A stretch of DNA of 63,130 nucleotides, the filler included, from Blastocystis sp. subtype 4 (lineage: Eukaryota), in NCBI RefSeq assembly GCF_000743755.1. It is 16 parts of 16 records of this genome, joined end to end, with 100 filler letters (N's around TTAATTAATTAA, not from the genome) between each part and the next. Parts side by side here need not be neighbours in the genome. Positions count along the whole stretch, not along the records: positions 21,204 to 24,591 come from NW_014568976.1; positions 24,692 to 33,826 come from NW_014568975.1; positions 33,927 to 37,281 come from NW_014568974.1; 13 more parts are not named here. One strand, given 5' to 3'. The translations under genes were made by a program, and so were the position numbers. A model generated the notes under the pieces. The model was not told the origin of the DNA. It saw nothing but the letters and a program-made list of their open reading frames with translations, and ran no database searches. Positions 22,761 through 35,432 of the stretch are shown one piece after another; the stretch's first letter is position 1; the number at the start of each line of letters is the position of its first letter.

Positions 22761-24591
22761 TTACCCTTTGATCAAACCCATCGCACTGTAACAACATGAC
22801 CGCTTCTGTCGAATAAACTGAAAAAGAGCAATATCTCAATAATAATCAATTCATGAATCATACTTGTACAAGTCAGTGTTTTCACTCTGCTGAATGAATA
22901 ATCACCTAACTGAATTCCATCTTTCTTGAGTTTTGGTATACCTACTTCAAATTCAATAATAAATAATCACAAGATATTATCACTTTTCGTAGGTATCTGA
23001 AATTGTAACCATTTCCTTTGAGTAAAGTCAGAGAAGAAAGATCTGATCAATATCATATCATTCATACTCTTCATTGTCAATGAGCTTGATTCTATTGCAG
23101 GATCATCAATGTCGGCTTCAAAAGAGAATGATCCAAGAATAATGGATTGAAGTCGAATCATATCTCATTCATCATTTATTCAATCATTCATACTCTCAAT
23201 AACAATGGTATTACAATTACAAAACCCATAGCTACCTATTTCAAGAGTGATGAGAGAGGGAAGATTAGAGAGATGCAATTCATTTTCTTCTCTTCCTACT
23301 CCTCCTTGAATCATAATCGATTCAATAGAATTGGAAATCTCTTGCATTTGATCGAGTTCTGTGATCCAGAATACTGATGGATGAAGAGATAGCAAATATT
23401 CAGACGGAGGAACAAAACTTGTACAAGTGATGAAATACTCAAGATCAGCATCTCAATCATTATCAATTTATATCTCATACTTGTACAAATCAATTCATTC
23501 ACATCAACAAATTATCCTTTCATCTGAATTCCTTCTGAAGTGAGTGATGGAATGTCTAATTTAAATACAACTATCAATCAGACTTTTGATTGACATCTTT
23601 TGTATCCTATTGAAATTCCATGTATCTCCTTTGAATAGAGTCAGAGAAGGAAGATCTCATCAATCAATCATCATCATTCATACTCTTCATTATCAATTCA
23701 TTTGATTCAATTCTGTGACCACCATGAAGAGCCCATAATGCAAGAGTGATAGATTGAAGTCGATTCAGATCTCATTCATCATTAATTCATCATTTATACT
23801 TTCAACTACTATCCAATGGCAATTACAAAATGAAGCACGTCCCATTTCAAGAACAGTAAGAGAAGGGAGATTCTTCAATTCAAGTGATTCATACCAATAG
23901 AATGATCTATCTCCAATGTGGATTTCACTCAATTCATTACAATTCATTATCAAACATTTGCTTCCCAATCGAATCTTATCATCCAAGGGAAAACTCATCT
24001 TTCCAATGATGATAGTCTTCAATTCATTCAATCCATCAATCTCAAATCGATTCACTTCCTTAAAACAACCATCTTAAATCTCAACTCTCTCAATCACTTT
24101 CAAACAATCAATATCAAATACACTCAAATCATTTCCATAACCATCTTCAAATCGTTTGATTACCCCTTCATATGTTCCGTCTATCCATTTTCCTCTTCTA
24201 ATCAATTCTCCATTCTCATTCAATTCTTCTCCAGTTCATCTTTCAATCCATTCTTCCATTCTCCAATATAAACAGGAAAACAGTCTTTGAATTCACTTCC
24301 TTCTCCTTCTCTCTTTCCTTTCTTCCATCCACCTACATACAATGCACTCTTTCCATCAATTCCATATTCAGTTCCTTCTCCTTCTCGAATGAATCCTTTC
24401 GTCATATCTCCCTCAAATCCTCCTTCATATACTCTCATTCCATTCACATCATATTCAATCATCACTTCTCCTTTCCATTCTCTCACTACTCTCATCATTA
24501 CTCCATTCTTGTATTCACATTCTCTAACCATTCTTCCTCCTTCATACTCAAAACACTTACCATTCTTTCTCCATTCATCATCATATTCACT
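22761..24591 (-). CDS. MORN-like repeat + leucine-rich-repeat protein, multi-exon, 5' truncated
   Basis: YEGGFEG, YVGGWKKGKREGEG and YIGEWKNG repeats followed by LELKNLPSL-type LRR exons with ~29-30-nt introns. Same family as 1258-3488, with at least one frame disruption near 24220. Confidence 0.7.
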
Positions 24592-25045
24592 NNNNNNNNN
24601 NNNNNNNNNNNNNNNNNNNNNNNNNNNNNNNNNNNTTAATTAATTAANNNNNNNNNNNNNNNNNNNNNNNNNNNNNNNNNNNNNNNNNNNNAAAGTGTAA
24701 TGAATTGATTAACAAACCACCAATTCTTCAAATCTATCGATAATCGAGTTTCATTCCATTCAGAACAAGACAAATGATGATGATGAGTTGGTTCACATGA
24801 GGATTCATTCTATTCTTCTATCTCATCCAATTCTTTCTTTCATACTTCATTCTATTCATATTCATTACAATCTATCTCAATCTACATCAACAATCTGATT
24901 CTATTTAGTTTAGATTTGTAGAAGATGAGAATGAGATTGATTCAATCATTCCCGTGATTCTATTCAGTATTCCTAGTTCCTATTATTATTCAATCATATA
25001 CGTCCATTAAAAAGCTTTACATTTCTAACAAACAAACTTGGTTAC

Positions 25046-26774
25046 TTAGAAATCAATAATGGGAACACCCCATGTGCAACCGCTTTCAATATCGAGATTA
25101 TCCTTGTCAGTCTGGATTCTGAACCAGCCATTCTCTCCCCAGTACTCACCCCAACTGTTACGACCAATCCAATACTCCTGACCATCCTCAGAAACACCCC
25201 ATCCAGCAACTTCAATAATATGACCTCCAAGCATCTTATGATCGTGCTCCACGAAAATACCACCCGTGTAATCAAGGAACTCTTGACTTACACTGACATA
25301 GCAAGAAACAGGACCACGAGCAAAGATCTCAGCCTTCATATTATCCTTGCCACTCACATCACCAAAGTCACCAACCTTATAACGCTTGTAATCCTTCACA
25401 GCAACACAAGGCTCACCAGGCTGACAATCTCTGCAACGATTGATATCAGTACACTCCTTATTCACAGCTTCATAAACAGCACAGGTCTGATCAGGAATAC
25501 CCTCGTTATGAGCATAACTGTACACACCTGAGTCCCAACCACCATAACAGCTTCCACTGTTACCACAGTTGATCACTTCCTGAACAGATAACTCCACAGT
25601 AGGCCACTTGCCCTTTCTCATGAGATTCATACGATCCATGATAGCAGAAGTGGAACCCTGAGCCCAACAAGAACCACAATACACAGGAATGTGCTGGTTC
25701 TTATTCCAAGTAGCATAGTTATGTCCATCAATGTTACGAATATCATAGGACTTAGGAATCTCCTCACTCTTCAGATAAGTGTGAGGCAGAGGCTCAGTGA
25801 TCACAGGCTTAATCTTGTTCCAATCATTACGAATGGCACAAGAATGAGGGAAGTAACGAGCACGATTCGAAGCAGAACGCATCTTATCATTGCGCATCAT
25901 CTTCTGAGGAACTTGAGGAACAGCCCAAGTACACTCGCTTTCAATACCAAGATTGTTTATACCACGAGCAATCTTGAACCAACCCTTCTCTCCCCAATAA
26001 GTACCCCAACTGTTACGACCAATCCAGTACTTCTCTCCATCCTCAGTCTCACCCCAACCAACCACAGAAATGGCATGCTCCAAAGTAGTCACTCCAGTCT
26101 TATCTCTGTACACTCCCTCCTTGTAAGCAAGGAAGTCATCAGGAACAGCAATAGCGCAAGTAATGGGACCACGAGCATAGATCTCCTTCATCATCTTCTC
26201 CTCTCCAGTGACATAACCGTACTCCTCAACATAGTACTTGGTGAAGTTCTGCACAGCATGACAAGGAGTATCATGACCACAATCACGGCAGATGTTGAAG
26301 TCAGTACACTCGTTATCAGTAGCAGTGTAACGCATACATCCTTCTTCAGGCACTCCCATCTCCTTCATCATTCTGTAGGCTGACAACATGTCACCTCCAT
26401 GGCAACCAGAAGCAGTATCAGCGCAATTGACAATCACCTGAGGAGAAAGCTCCTGGGTAGGCCAGGCACCCTTGGTCATCAAACGCAGACGATCAGAAAT
26501 AGCAGAAGCAGCAGAGAAAGCCCAGCAGGATCCGCAGTACTGAGGAATATGCTGGTTCTTGGTAACAGACACGTAGCTCACTCCATTGATGTCACGAGGA
26601 TCATAAGACTTGGGAAGCTCCTCATTCGTCATGTACTCCCAAGGCTGGGGTGTCTTGACGTAGGGCTTGACATCAGGGTTCTTCTTGTAGCAGCCAGAAG
26701 CCGAAACAAGGGCGACAACTAGGTATGAGTAACGATAAACAGAACAAACCCAAAAGCAGAATAGTGTACTTCAT
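25046..26774 (-). CDS. Secreted cathepsin Z/X-like papain (C1A) protease with two tandem catalytic domains
   Basis: ATG at 26774, intron at 26719-26749, signal peptide. Two copies of NQHIPxYCGSCWA, each followed by a catalytic His (EHAISVVGWG, GHIIEVAGWG) and RNSWG. Confidence 0.92.
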
Positions 26775-26920
26775 TGTATAAAAATGTGAACCGTGTGTTT
26801 AGAATGACGCATGTCGAAAAATGGTTAAAATAAGAATGTACCCATTTCTTTTGTTATTTCCTAAGCATATTTGGGGGTATATAATAATATAGTCTTTTAT
26901 CGGTTTTCGGTTTATCACCT

Positions 26921-27818
26921 ATGTACAGTGCAAATGTATTTAAAAATGCATTGAACTGTGGTATAAATGTTGTGAATTGAATAGATATCAACGATGTGTA
27001 TCATCGAGAATCGAAGAATACAAAGGTTATATAACTGAAGAATTGTTTTTGTGATGGCTCCAGGATTATGCAGATGATATTTGTAAAGAGACTACGGAGA
27101 CTTTAAGTGCCATTGATTCGTGTGCAATTCGGGTAAGGTATTTGAGAGATAGGTGATTGTATAGTATTCTGGAATCACTTCAGCCTCTGCTGGTGCTTAT
27201 GAGCAGGAGATGATGAGAAAGACTCTAGCTGAGGGTCTGCAGAGTAGTGGTGTGGCATCAAATCAAGTGATTCTGCAGTCAATGGGAAGTGCTGAAGTGA
27301 CTCTGGCTGTGGGTGTTGCTGGAGTGTATCGTATTGAAGTGGGATCTGAGAGTGTGGAATCGATCAAGACGACTCTGGAGGATTATGTGAACACAAGAAA
27401 GACATATGAGAGTGAGTTGAACAAACTGGGAGGTAATTTGGCTGGTGTGAAGGCAAGTGTAAGTACTTCAACATATAAGGTGAGCAAGTACAGCTCGATG
27501 AATGCTGTGGTTGTAGTCCTGTTGGTGATTCTGATTCTGTTCATTATCCTCTTTGGTGGATTTGTGTTTGTCTACCTCAAGGTACGTGCTAAGCCTACAC
27601 CAAAGGGAGGACTCAAGCATTCTAACGAGAACTACATTCCAGCAGGCAATGTTGGAACTCATTATGACAGTCAATACTCGCCTACAAATGTATCTGATGA
27701 GGAAGAGGACTATAAACCTCGTCGTTCTCCTAAGAAACAACCACGATATGAAGATGACGAAGAGGAAGAGGAGTATAGACCTCGTCATTCAAGAAACAGT
27801 CGTAAAGAACGTGTGTAA
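26921..27818 (+). CDS. Hypothetical single-pass membrane protein, multi-exon
   Basis: Short introns join upstream exons to the 27210-27818 ORF, which has a hydrophobic TM segment (VVVVLLVILILFIILFGGFVFVYL). TGTTTGTT follows at 27822. Confidence 0.6.
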
Positions 27819-27821
27819 TAA

Positions 27822-27829
27822 TGTTTGTT
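27822..27829 (+). promoter_or_regulatory. TGTTTGTT 3'-end/polyadenylation-associated motif
   Basis: 3 nt after the TAA at 27816-27818. The same motif recurs after gene ends at 36840, 38703, 47248 and 50721 (+) and at 25027, 27862, 30771, 33729, 53491 and 60345 (-). Confidence 0.8.
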
Positions 27830-27875
27830 GTCATGAATCATCAACTCAACAGTCATTCTCTAACAAACAATGAAC

Positions 27876-30584
27876 TTAGAATACCTTGGTAGCACACATC
27901 ACTCCCTTCTGTTCCACCATCTCAAATCCGAAAGCAGTAGCCAACTTGGTCATACCAGCATTCTCCTGGAAGAACTTCATAGTCAGCTTCTCCACACCTT
28001 CAGTCTTGGCAATCGTAATACACTGCTCCATCAAATACTTTCCTAATCCTTGCTTCTGATAACTATCAGCCACTTCCACCAGAATACGAGCATTCTTGGT
28101 CAGAGGCAATTTGCTCATACGAGCAGTACCCACAATCTTTCCATCCACCAAAGCAATCAGAGGCACTTGACGATCAAAGTCAGGATGACAGATGGCAGCC
28201 AGACGCTTGTGGCACTTACGAGTCTCCAGACATACCGACTCTCCCATGTAAGCCTTCACAGACTCTTCACTCAGAGATTCCTCGAAACTCTTCATTGCAG
28301 TCTCATCATCAGGACGAATCGGACGCACATCACATACCACACCCTGAGAGGTGGTGAAAGAGCTCACATACTGATGAGGATATCCACGAATTGAAGGTCT
28401 TGACAGCTTCTCCACAGGAGTACCAGGAGCATGCAACACAACACGAGCATCCAGAGCAATGATATCTGTGGGAGTAGCCAACATAGGATTGATATCCAAT
28501 TCCTTGATCCATGGCTGATCTGCAATCAGTTCAGAGAAACGAACAAACACCTGATCCAACAGCTCCAGATCACAAGGCTTCTTTCCTCTCACACCCTTCA
28601 ATGCCTTGTAGATCTTAGTCTTCTCCATACAATGACGAGCTGAAGCAGTATTCAGAGGAGGCAGAGCCATGCTTGAATCCTTATACACCTCCACCAATGT
28701 ACCTCCAGTACCAAACACAATCACAGGTCCAACCTGACTATCCAGATTTGAACCAAAGATCAGTTCATAACCATCACTCAGATTCAATTGACGCTGGACT
28801 GTCACACCCTGGAAACCATCCAACTTGCCCAACTTCTCCAGATTGTTTCGAATCGTGTTCCAAGCAGTTGCCACACCTTCCTTATCCTTGATGTTCAACT
28901 GAACACCTCCAACATCCGACTTGTGAGTGATCGTCTCTGAGTTCAGTTTCACTACCACAGGATACTTCATACCCTCAGCCACTTCCTGAGCCTTCTCCAC
29001 AGTTTCACACACCACAGTCTGGACTACAGGGATACCATAACTGGCCAACAGTTGTTTTGACTCATTCTCTGTCAACAGATTACGACCTTCGCTCAGAGCC
29101 TTCTCGATGATCTTGCTGGCTCCCTGAGTATCAGCAGCATGAAGAGGAGTTCTGGGCTCTTCGTACATCTGATTCAGATTGCTTGAGTACTCCCAACAAT
29201 AGTTGAAAATCTTTGCAGCCACATCAGGTGAACCAAACACAGGAATACCAGCTTCACGCAGGATCTGACGACCCTTCTCCAGATCTCGACCACCCATCCA
29301 TGAGGCAAAGACAGGCTTACCCTCGATATGAGCATACTTGGCCAATTCCACAGCTGTCTCTGTGGGCTTGGTCACTGACTGAGGAGTCAGAATGACCAGC
29401 ATTCCATCACTCTCCTTATCGTCACCAGCCACCTTCAGAGCCTTAGCATACATCTCTGGAGGAGCATCTCCCAACACATCCACAGGATTGTTGTGTGACC
29501 AGGCACCAGGCAGGAAACTGTTGTAAGCCTCCATTGCCTCAGGAGAGATCTTAGCCAGTTGACCACCACCAGTCACAATCTCATCAGTCGTAATCACTCC
29601 AGGACCTCCAGCATTCGTGATTACCGTCATACGAGGACCAGCTGCCAGAGGCTGCTTGTCCAGCACAGCAGCAATATCAAACAGCTGCTCAATGGTGTCC
29701 ACACGCACCACTCCAGCAGTCTTGAATGCAGCAGTCAACACATCATCTGAACCTGTCAATGAACCAGTGCAGCAGCAGCTGTACGACCAGGCTTGATCAC
29801 AATAATGGGCTTACGAAGAGCGACTTCACGAGCAGCCGAAATGAAGGAACGAGCATTACCAATACTTTCCATGTAAATCAGAATAGCCTTAGTCTTAGGA
29901 TCATTACCAAAGTAATAGATCAAATCACCCCAGTTCACGTCAGCCATTGAACCAATCGATACGAAGGCACTGAAACAAACCGAGTCCCTCCTTCTTCAAC
30001 GACCAGTCCAACATAGCGCACATCAAAGCACCACTTTGAGAGATGAAAGCCACTTCTCCCTTCAGAGCCATCGTACTAGCGAACGAAGCATTCAGTCCAT
30101 TCGTAGGAACCATAGCTCCCAGACAGTTAGGTCCAATTACACGCATATTGTACTTGCGAGCCTCAGCAAGACAAGCTTCCTCCAAAGCAGCTCCTTCCTT
30201 ACCTACTTCCTTGAAACCAGCAGAAATGATGATGAGACCACGGACACCAGCCTCTCCACATTCAGTCACAGCACCAAGGACACGCTTGGCGGGAATGCAG
30301 ATTACAGCCAGATCACATTGCTCAGGAACATCCTTAATGCTCTTGTAAGCCTTGATACCACACACCTTGCTACGAGTAGGGTTCACAGGATACACACCTC
30401 CTCCGAAAGGTGTAACAATCAAATTCATGAGAATTGTCTTACTGACACTTCCTTCACGCTCCGAAGCACCAATCAGAGCAACATTATTAGGCTTAAAGAT
30501 GGCATCCAACTGATTACACACTTCAGGAGCAAAGGCACCATTTACATCAGAACCTGTGCTATCCCAGACCATTGAGGAAGACAT
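27876..30584 (-). CDS. Bacterial-type ADP-forming acyl-CoA synthetase/Pat(YfiQ)-like fusion (CoA-binding + ligase + ATP-grasp + GNAT), with two frameshifts
   Basis: [65 protein letters not shown] and a C-terminal GNAT motif ([10 protein letters not shown]). Intronless; frame breaks at ~29975 and ~29770. Confidence 0.85.
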
Positions 30585-30782
30585 TATTAAAGAGAATAAC
30601 TAATTAATACCTAGAATCTGGGCGTATGCACATCGAAGCTTCTTTTCGCATCTCCGTTAAACTACCCCAATTCCCGTGATTTCTAAGCAAGCAATCAATT
30701 GCTTGCCAAAATTCGTTCGCCCAATTGAAATAGATATTCTCAAAACAACAGAACAAAGTTTGTGGAAGCAAACAAACAACGA

Positions 30783-31600
30783 TTAATCCATATTGACCGA
30801 ACCATCACAGTAGAGTAGTAGCCGTGTTTGCAGCTCAGGAGAACCAATTTGCAGTTGTCTACTCCTAATTCCACTTTACCATTCTCACAAGCAGATATTC
30901 TTTCCAATCAAATTTTTATCTAAATCAACGATACGCACTTGAGGGTTCTATCATTCACAGACAAGTCCAATCATACCGAAGAGCAGAACAAAGAAATGTC
31001 TTTTGGACCATTATTCGCTTCTTCGGCTTCTTCCGTCATTAGTTGTTTCTAGTTCATGATCAATCCAAAACTCTTACTTGGCGTTCATACTCTCCAATAA
31101 TCGAGTCACTAAAGAGATCGTGTTCACTTTTCGTTTCTTGAATATTCGATGAGGATTCAGAGAGCTGTGCTTCCAAAGAAGATATCCGATTCTCATATAT
31201 TGCCAATTGCGTTCTCATGTTTAAAACTCCATTTTATAGATTACTTTAGTTTGGCAACCTCAGACTCTAATTGCATCTGATTAGCATGACAACTTAACTG
31301 GTCGTTCTGCAGTTGTTGGATGTTTTTTTCTGCTGCTTCCAATTGTTGCACATCTTTTACGTGTTTCCGCTGAATAATATTTACTTGCTGAGTCTAGGAC
31401 ATCAACAACAACAATAGAATTCACGCAACTACTGTACAACTGCTTCAATTTTCCATTCTCTGTTTGTAGCTCCTCTATCCTCTTTTCGAATCTGTTGAAC
31501 TGATCAGCTATACATCAGTTCTTTTCAACTATCATCACCTTCTTGACCCAGAACCAAAGCTATTAGCAGAGCTATTCTTATAACATTCGATATGTCTCCT
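30783..31600 (-). CDS. Hypothetical coiled-coil protein, multi-exon (start not resolved)
   Basis: Spliced segments such as DQFNRFEKRIEELQTENGKLKQL and ELQTRLLLYCDGSVNMD*. The stop is followed 4 nt later by TGTTTGTT. Confidence 0.45.
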
Positions 31601-31789
31601 ACAACAAACAAGATAAAAGTGAAGCATTTCTGGGTGTCAATTAGAAAGAAGGTGCAATGCTGTAAACAAAAACAGTCTCTAAAATCTTCTCGATCTGAAC
31701 TGAGTTCAATAGAGAGATATTACAATAACAAAGATCACACAAAATCTGTTTGTTTTCTGGGTTTCCTGTAATTATTGTCATTGTTTTCT

Positions 31790-33714
31790 ATGGAATCTCT
31801 GGGTCAAGAGGAATCGGATATTAAATTGTTGCAAGCAAAAGTTGCGTTCCTTGAAACACAAGTAGCAGCACTTCGGAGGAGTTCAGTAGAGACAGAGTCA
31901 GAGGTGCGATGTAAACCTTTAGTATCAACTACTAGTCCCAGAAAAAGAAAGAAAAAACAAGAACGAAAGCAAAGTATAAATCCTTGTATTGTCATCTCCT
32001 TTTGCTCATAAATAGCGATGAATTGGTTACTGCTTTCGATGATTCAAAAGAAGAAGACATCAAAGCCAAAAGTCCAGTGATAGAAGCAGACACAATTAAT
32101 ACGCGCGAATTCTTCCTTGTAAGAACTACTCCATCATTGTAATGTGATTAGAGCCAGATCCAATGGAAAAGGAGAACTGGTGAGTCCATCCAGAAGGCAA
32201 ACCATCGTTTGATTACCAACTTTTTCCGTACTCCATTCTATCAAGAGTGTTACATGAGTTTTGCTACCCTATTGTGTTTTGATGTGATCTTGTACATGTT
32301 CAGTAATCTCATTTTACGCTTTTTTATTCTCATTGCTTCTGTTTTTGAGTCCATTTTCCATGGTACCTTTCATTGTTCCATATCACATTAGTCGATAAGT
32401 CAAGAACCAACCGAGGGCGTCGAAGTTTGGTTTTTGACTTTATCCGGCTTATCCTCGTTTGTTGGGGTTGTTTCATTATCTCTATGTTGAACACTTCGTA
32501 CATGTCACATTGAATTCTCTCTATCATATCCAGTTATCACTACATTCGTAGCATCAGTGGATTTAAGATTTATCTGATTATGAATATTCTAGGGACGTTT
32601 GACAGTCTTTTCACCTCCATTGAACATGTTAACATTCATGTTCATCATCATCTTTAGAATGTTAGTGATGCATTATTCTACTCTATGCATTGCAAGCCAT
32701 CCTTCAAATCAACTCTTCGATTTGTTCAAGATACATTTCTGTCTTTGATATTTGTCTCTGTTTTGGCTGTTACAAAATTTCTCTCATTTATGACATTCAA
32801 TGTTGCTTTAAACGTATTGACGTTATTCTTCTCTTATTCAGATGAATCCTCAAACCTATATTATCTATACAGTCTCACGTAAATTTAAATATTTGAAAAA
32901 GACCATTTATAAGAAATGTGATGAGATCAATCTGTTTGATCATAGTTGTCGAGGTATCATTATTCTTTCTCTTTCTCTCTCTAGATATTGAAGAACGATT
33001 TACATTCTTTGTAAATGTTATTCTGACGGCATGGATGCTCTATCAATCGAATGGTATCCTTCTCATTCTCGTTGAACATAGATTTGTCTCGATTGTACTG
33101 GGAACAGGTTGCAGCTCTGTTTCTCATTGATGAGGTATATCTTATTCTGAGATATGAATTAGATCGTGGTGATTCTCAAGCATATGATACTTCTTAAACA
33201 GAACCGATGGCCTCCTGAGATCTATAACAATTATCGTGCTTTACTAAAACGAGACTATTTGTTGACTGTTCAAAATAACTATGATTTGGACATATCCTGA
33301 TTCTTCATTTGTTTGTGTGTGTTCTTAATGTTGACCCAACACATGTTGTATCAGAGAGACTAGGAGTTAGTGTAATTGCGACCTCTTCTTTGATTCTATC
33401 AAGTCTTCTAAAGTTTGTGTGCAAGCCATTGTATCAGCAACTCTCTCTTCCTGTGTTCATCCTATTTGTCATTGCTCTGTTGTTCCTTCTGTGTATCTTT
33501 AAGGTAGGCAATTTGAATAGGAGTGTGATGATAGTTCTTATCGTCTGCATGGTTACTTTCCTTATGTCGACATGGAATCAATTTCGTGAATATCACAACA
33601 GTGGATAATGAAGTGGTTGCTACAGAGAAACAAATCGGAGATGAGAAGAAAGAGATTCCTGAACCAATCATTAAAGAGAGCTTCTCAATTCCTTCAATGA
33701 AGAAGGAACTGTAA
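31790..33714 (+). CDS. TAPT1/Emp65 (DUF747)-like multi-pass membrane protein, multi-exon
   Basis: MNILGTFDSLFTSI, TFNVALN, DIEERF, LKHMILLKQN...IYNNYRALL and VSERLG resemble TAPT1 conserved blocks in the same order. Confidence 0.55.
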
Positions 33715-33926
33715 TCTTGAATCTTTGTAACAAACACATACTAAAACAAACTTCCTAACTGATAACGAATCACTACTGCAAGACATGAACAAGCCACTTG
33801 AAGGATTAGAAGACATCGTGTTAGAGNNNNNNNNNNNNNNNNNNNNNNNNNNNNNNNNNNNNNNNNNNNNTTAATTAATTAANNNNNNNNNNNNNNNNNN
33901 NNNNNNNNNNNNNNNNNNNNNNNNNN

Positions 33927-35140
33927 CTTATCTAGTAAGGATTGAGAACTGGATTCTTGGAATCCAAACGAACACTCTTGATGTCTTCGAAGAAGAAGAA
34001 CTATCATCACACAATTAACAACAAATATAAGTACACAAGCACACCATAGAGGAAGAAAGAGATTAATTCCATTGAATTCCAATTGATAGGCAATAGCATT
34101 CCACACATTCTGCGTGATGAGAAATACACCTATCAATCCAACCCACTGAAGAATTGATAGGGATGAAGATGGAATCTCAAGGATGAGTGGAGCAAGCCAC
34201 CAAAGGAAGTATTGGGCAGTGACCACTCGATTGAAAGTGACAAAGAGAAGAGAAGCAACAACAACAGCAAGAAACACCTGATGATACCGACGAATGGATA
34301 GGATCAATAGAAGAAGGGCTTGTACTAGAAACGAGAGATAGGTTGAAGTCTTATCTGACAAATAGGAAGAATAAAATAGAAGAGAATAACTATGATGATA
34401 ATCGAGACGTGTAGCATGATACAACAAAGCCTTGTTAAGATACTCTTTTCCATAAAAAGTCCAACTGCCTATGGTGAAAAATGAAAAGGAACAGATAGTG
34501 AGAAGAGCGAACATAATTGCCGACTTCCCTTGGGATCGTACATAGAGAAAGAAGATAAGTGCATAGATAACTGGAAAGAGTTTAAAGTGAATAGCAAGCC
34601 CATATACAAATGCACTACATCCAATCCATCCCGTTTGGAGAAAGTAGAGCGTGCAATAGACCAAGAAACATACAATGGTATCTGCACTTCCTCTAGTTGA
34701 GATAAACATCACAAAAGGGTTTAGAATCCAGAAGGAAGCATAGAATGTGGCCGTTTCGGCTTTCATGCGTTGGTATCGAAATATCCTGTAGATCAAAAAG
34801 CCACAAAATAAATCGAAAAGCGAAAATAGAATCTTTCCAAAGAGAGAAGAAAGCATACAATTCGGAACAAGAAGAAACGCTCTGAATATTATATGACAAT
34901 AAATCTAAATTACAGAAGAGGTGTGTAACGGTATGTCTCGTGTTGATACGGCGATTTTCCAGAATACATTAAATATGCAGCATCTGAAAACACAGAATAG
35001 TCAATATCTGTATAATGAAGTGAAGAGGCTAGAAATCAGGAAAAGATAGGAGATTGACAAGTAGTGTCCATATAATGTCCAAATGCAATTAGAATCAATC
35101 TACAGACCAAGCCAAAGAGTAGCGTTTGGGTGATTTCCAT
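33927..35140 (-). CDS. PIGM: GPI mannosyltransferase 1 (PIG-M), 3' truncated
   Basis: [39 protein letters not shown] and [13 protein letters not shown], with two short introns near the 5' end. Confidence 0.92.
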
Positions 35141-35432
35141 ATGATAATAAAGAATAAGCGGCACAAAATGGACTAACTCTTGGAATTTCAAATGTATACT
35201 TGACTTCAATTTCCAACAGACACTGGAAAACAAACAGTGATAATCACAGCAACATGATTCTGAATTGTACAACACAACTGCAAATCCGTCACAAGATCTC
35301 ATTGGCATTAATGGAATCATGAATATCCATCTATTACACAGATCCTAATTGTAGATGGTGATGACCGCCAACAATTACCTATTCCCGCTATTTCATTCAT
35401 ACAGCAATATCGAAGGAACCTACTGATGAGAG

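Noticed and set aside
25220..26722. Long antisense ORFs opposite the cathepsin (similar ones lie opposite the acyl-CoA synthetase and legumain)
   Set aside because: Shadow frames caused by codon bias of the sense gene; no recognisable motifs.
27876..30584. Bacterial contamination explaining the intronless synthetase-GNAT gene
   Set aside because: It lies within a 9-kb contig among intron-containing genes and has the host TGTTTGTT motif after its stop.
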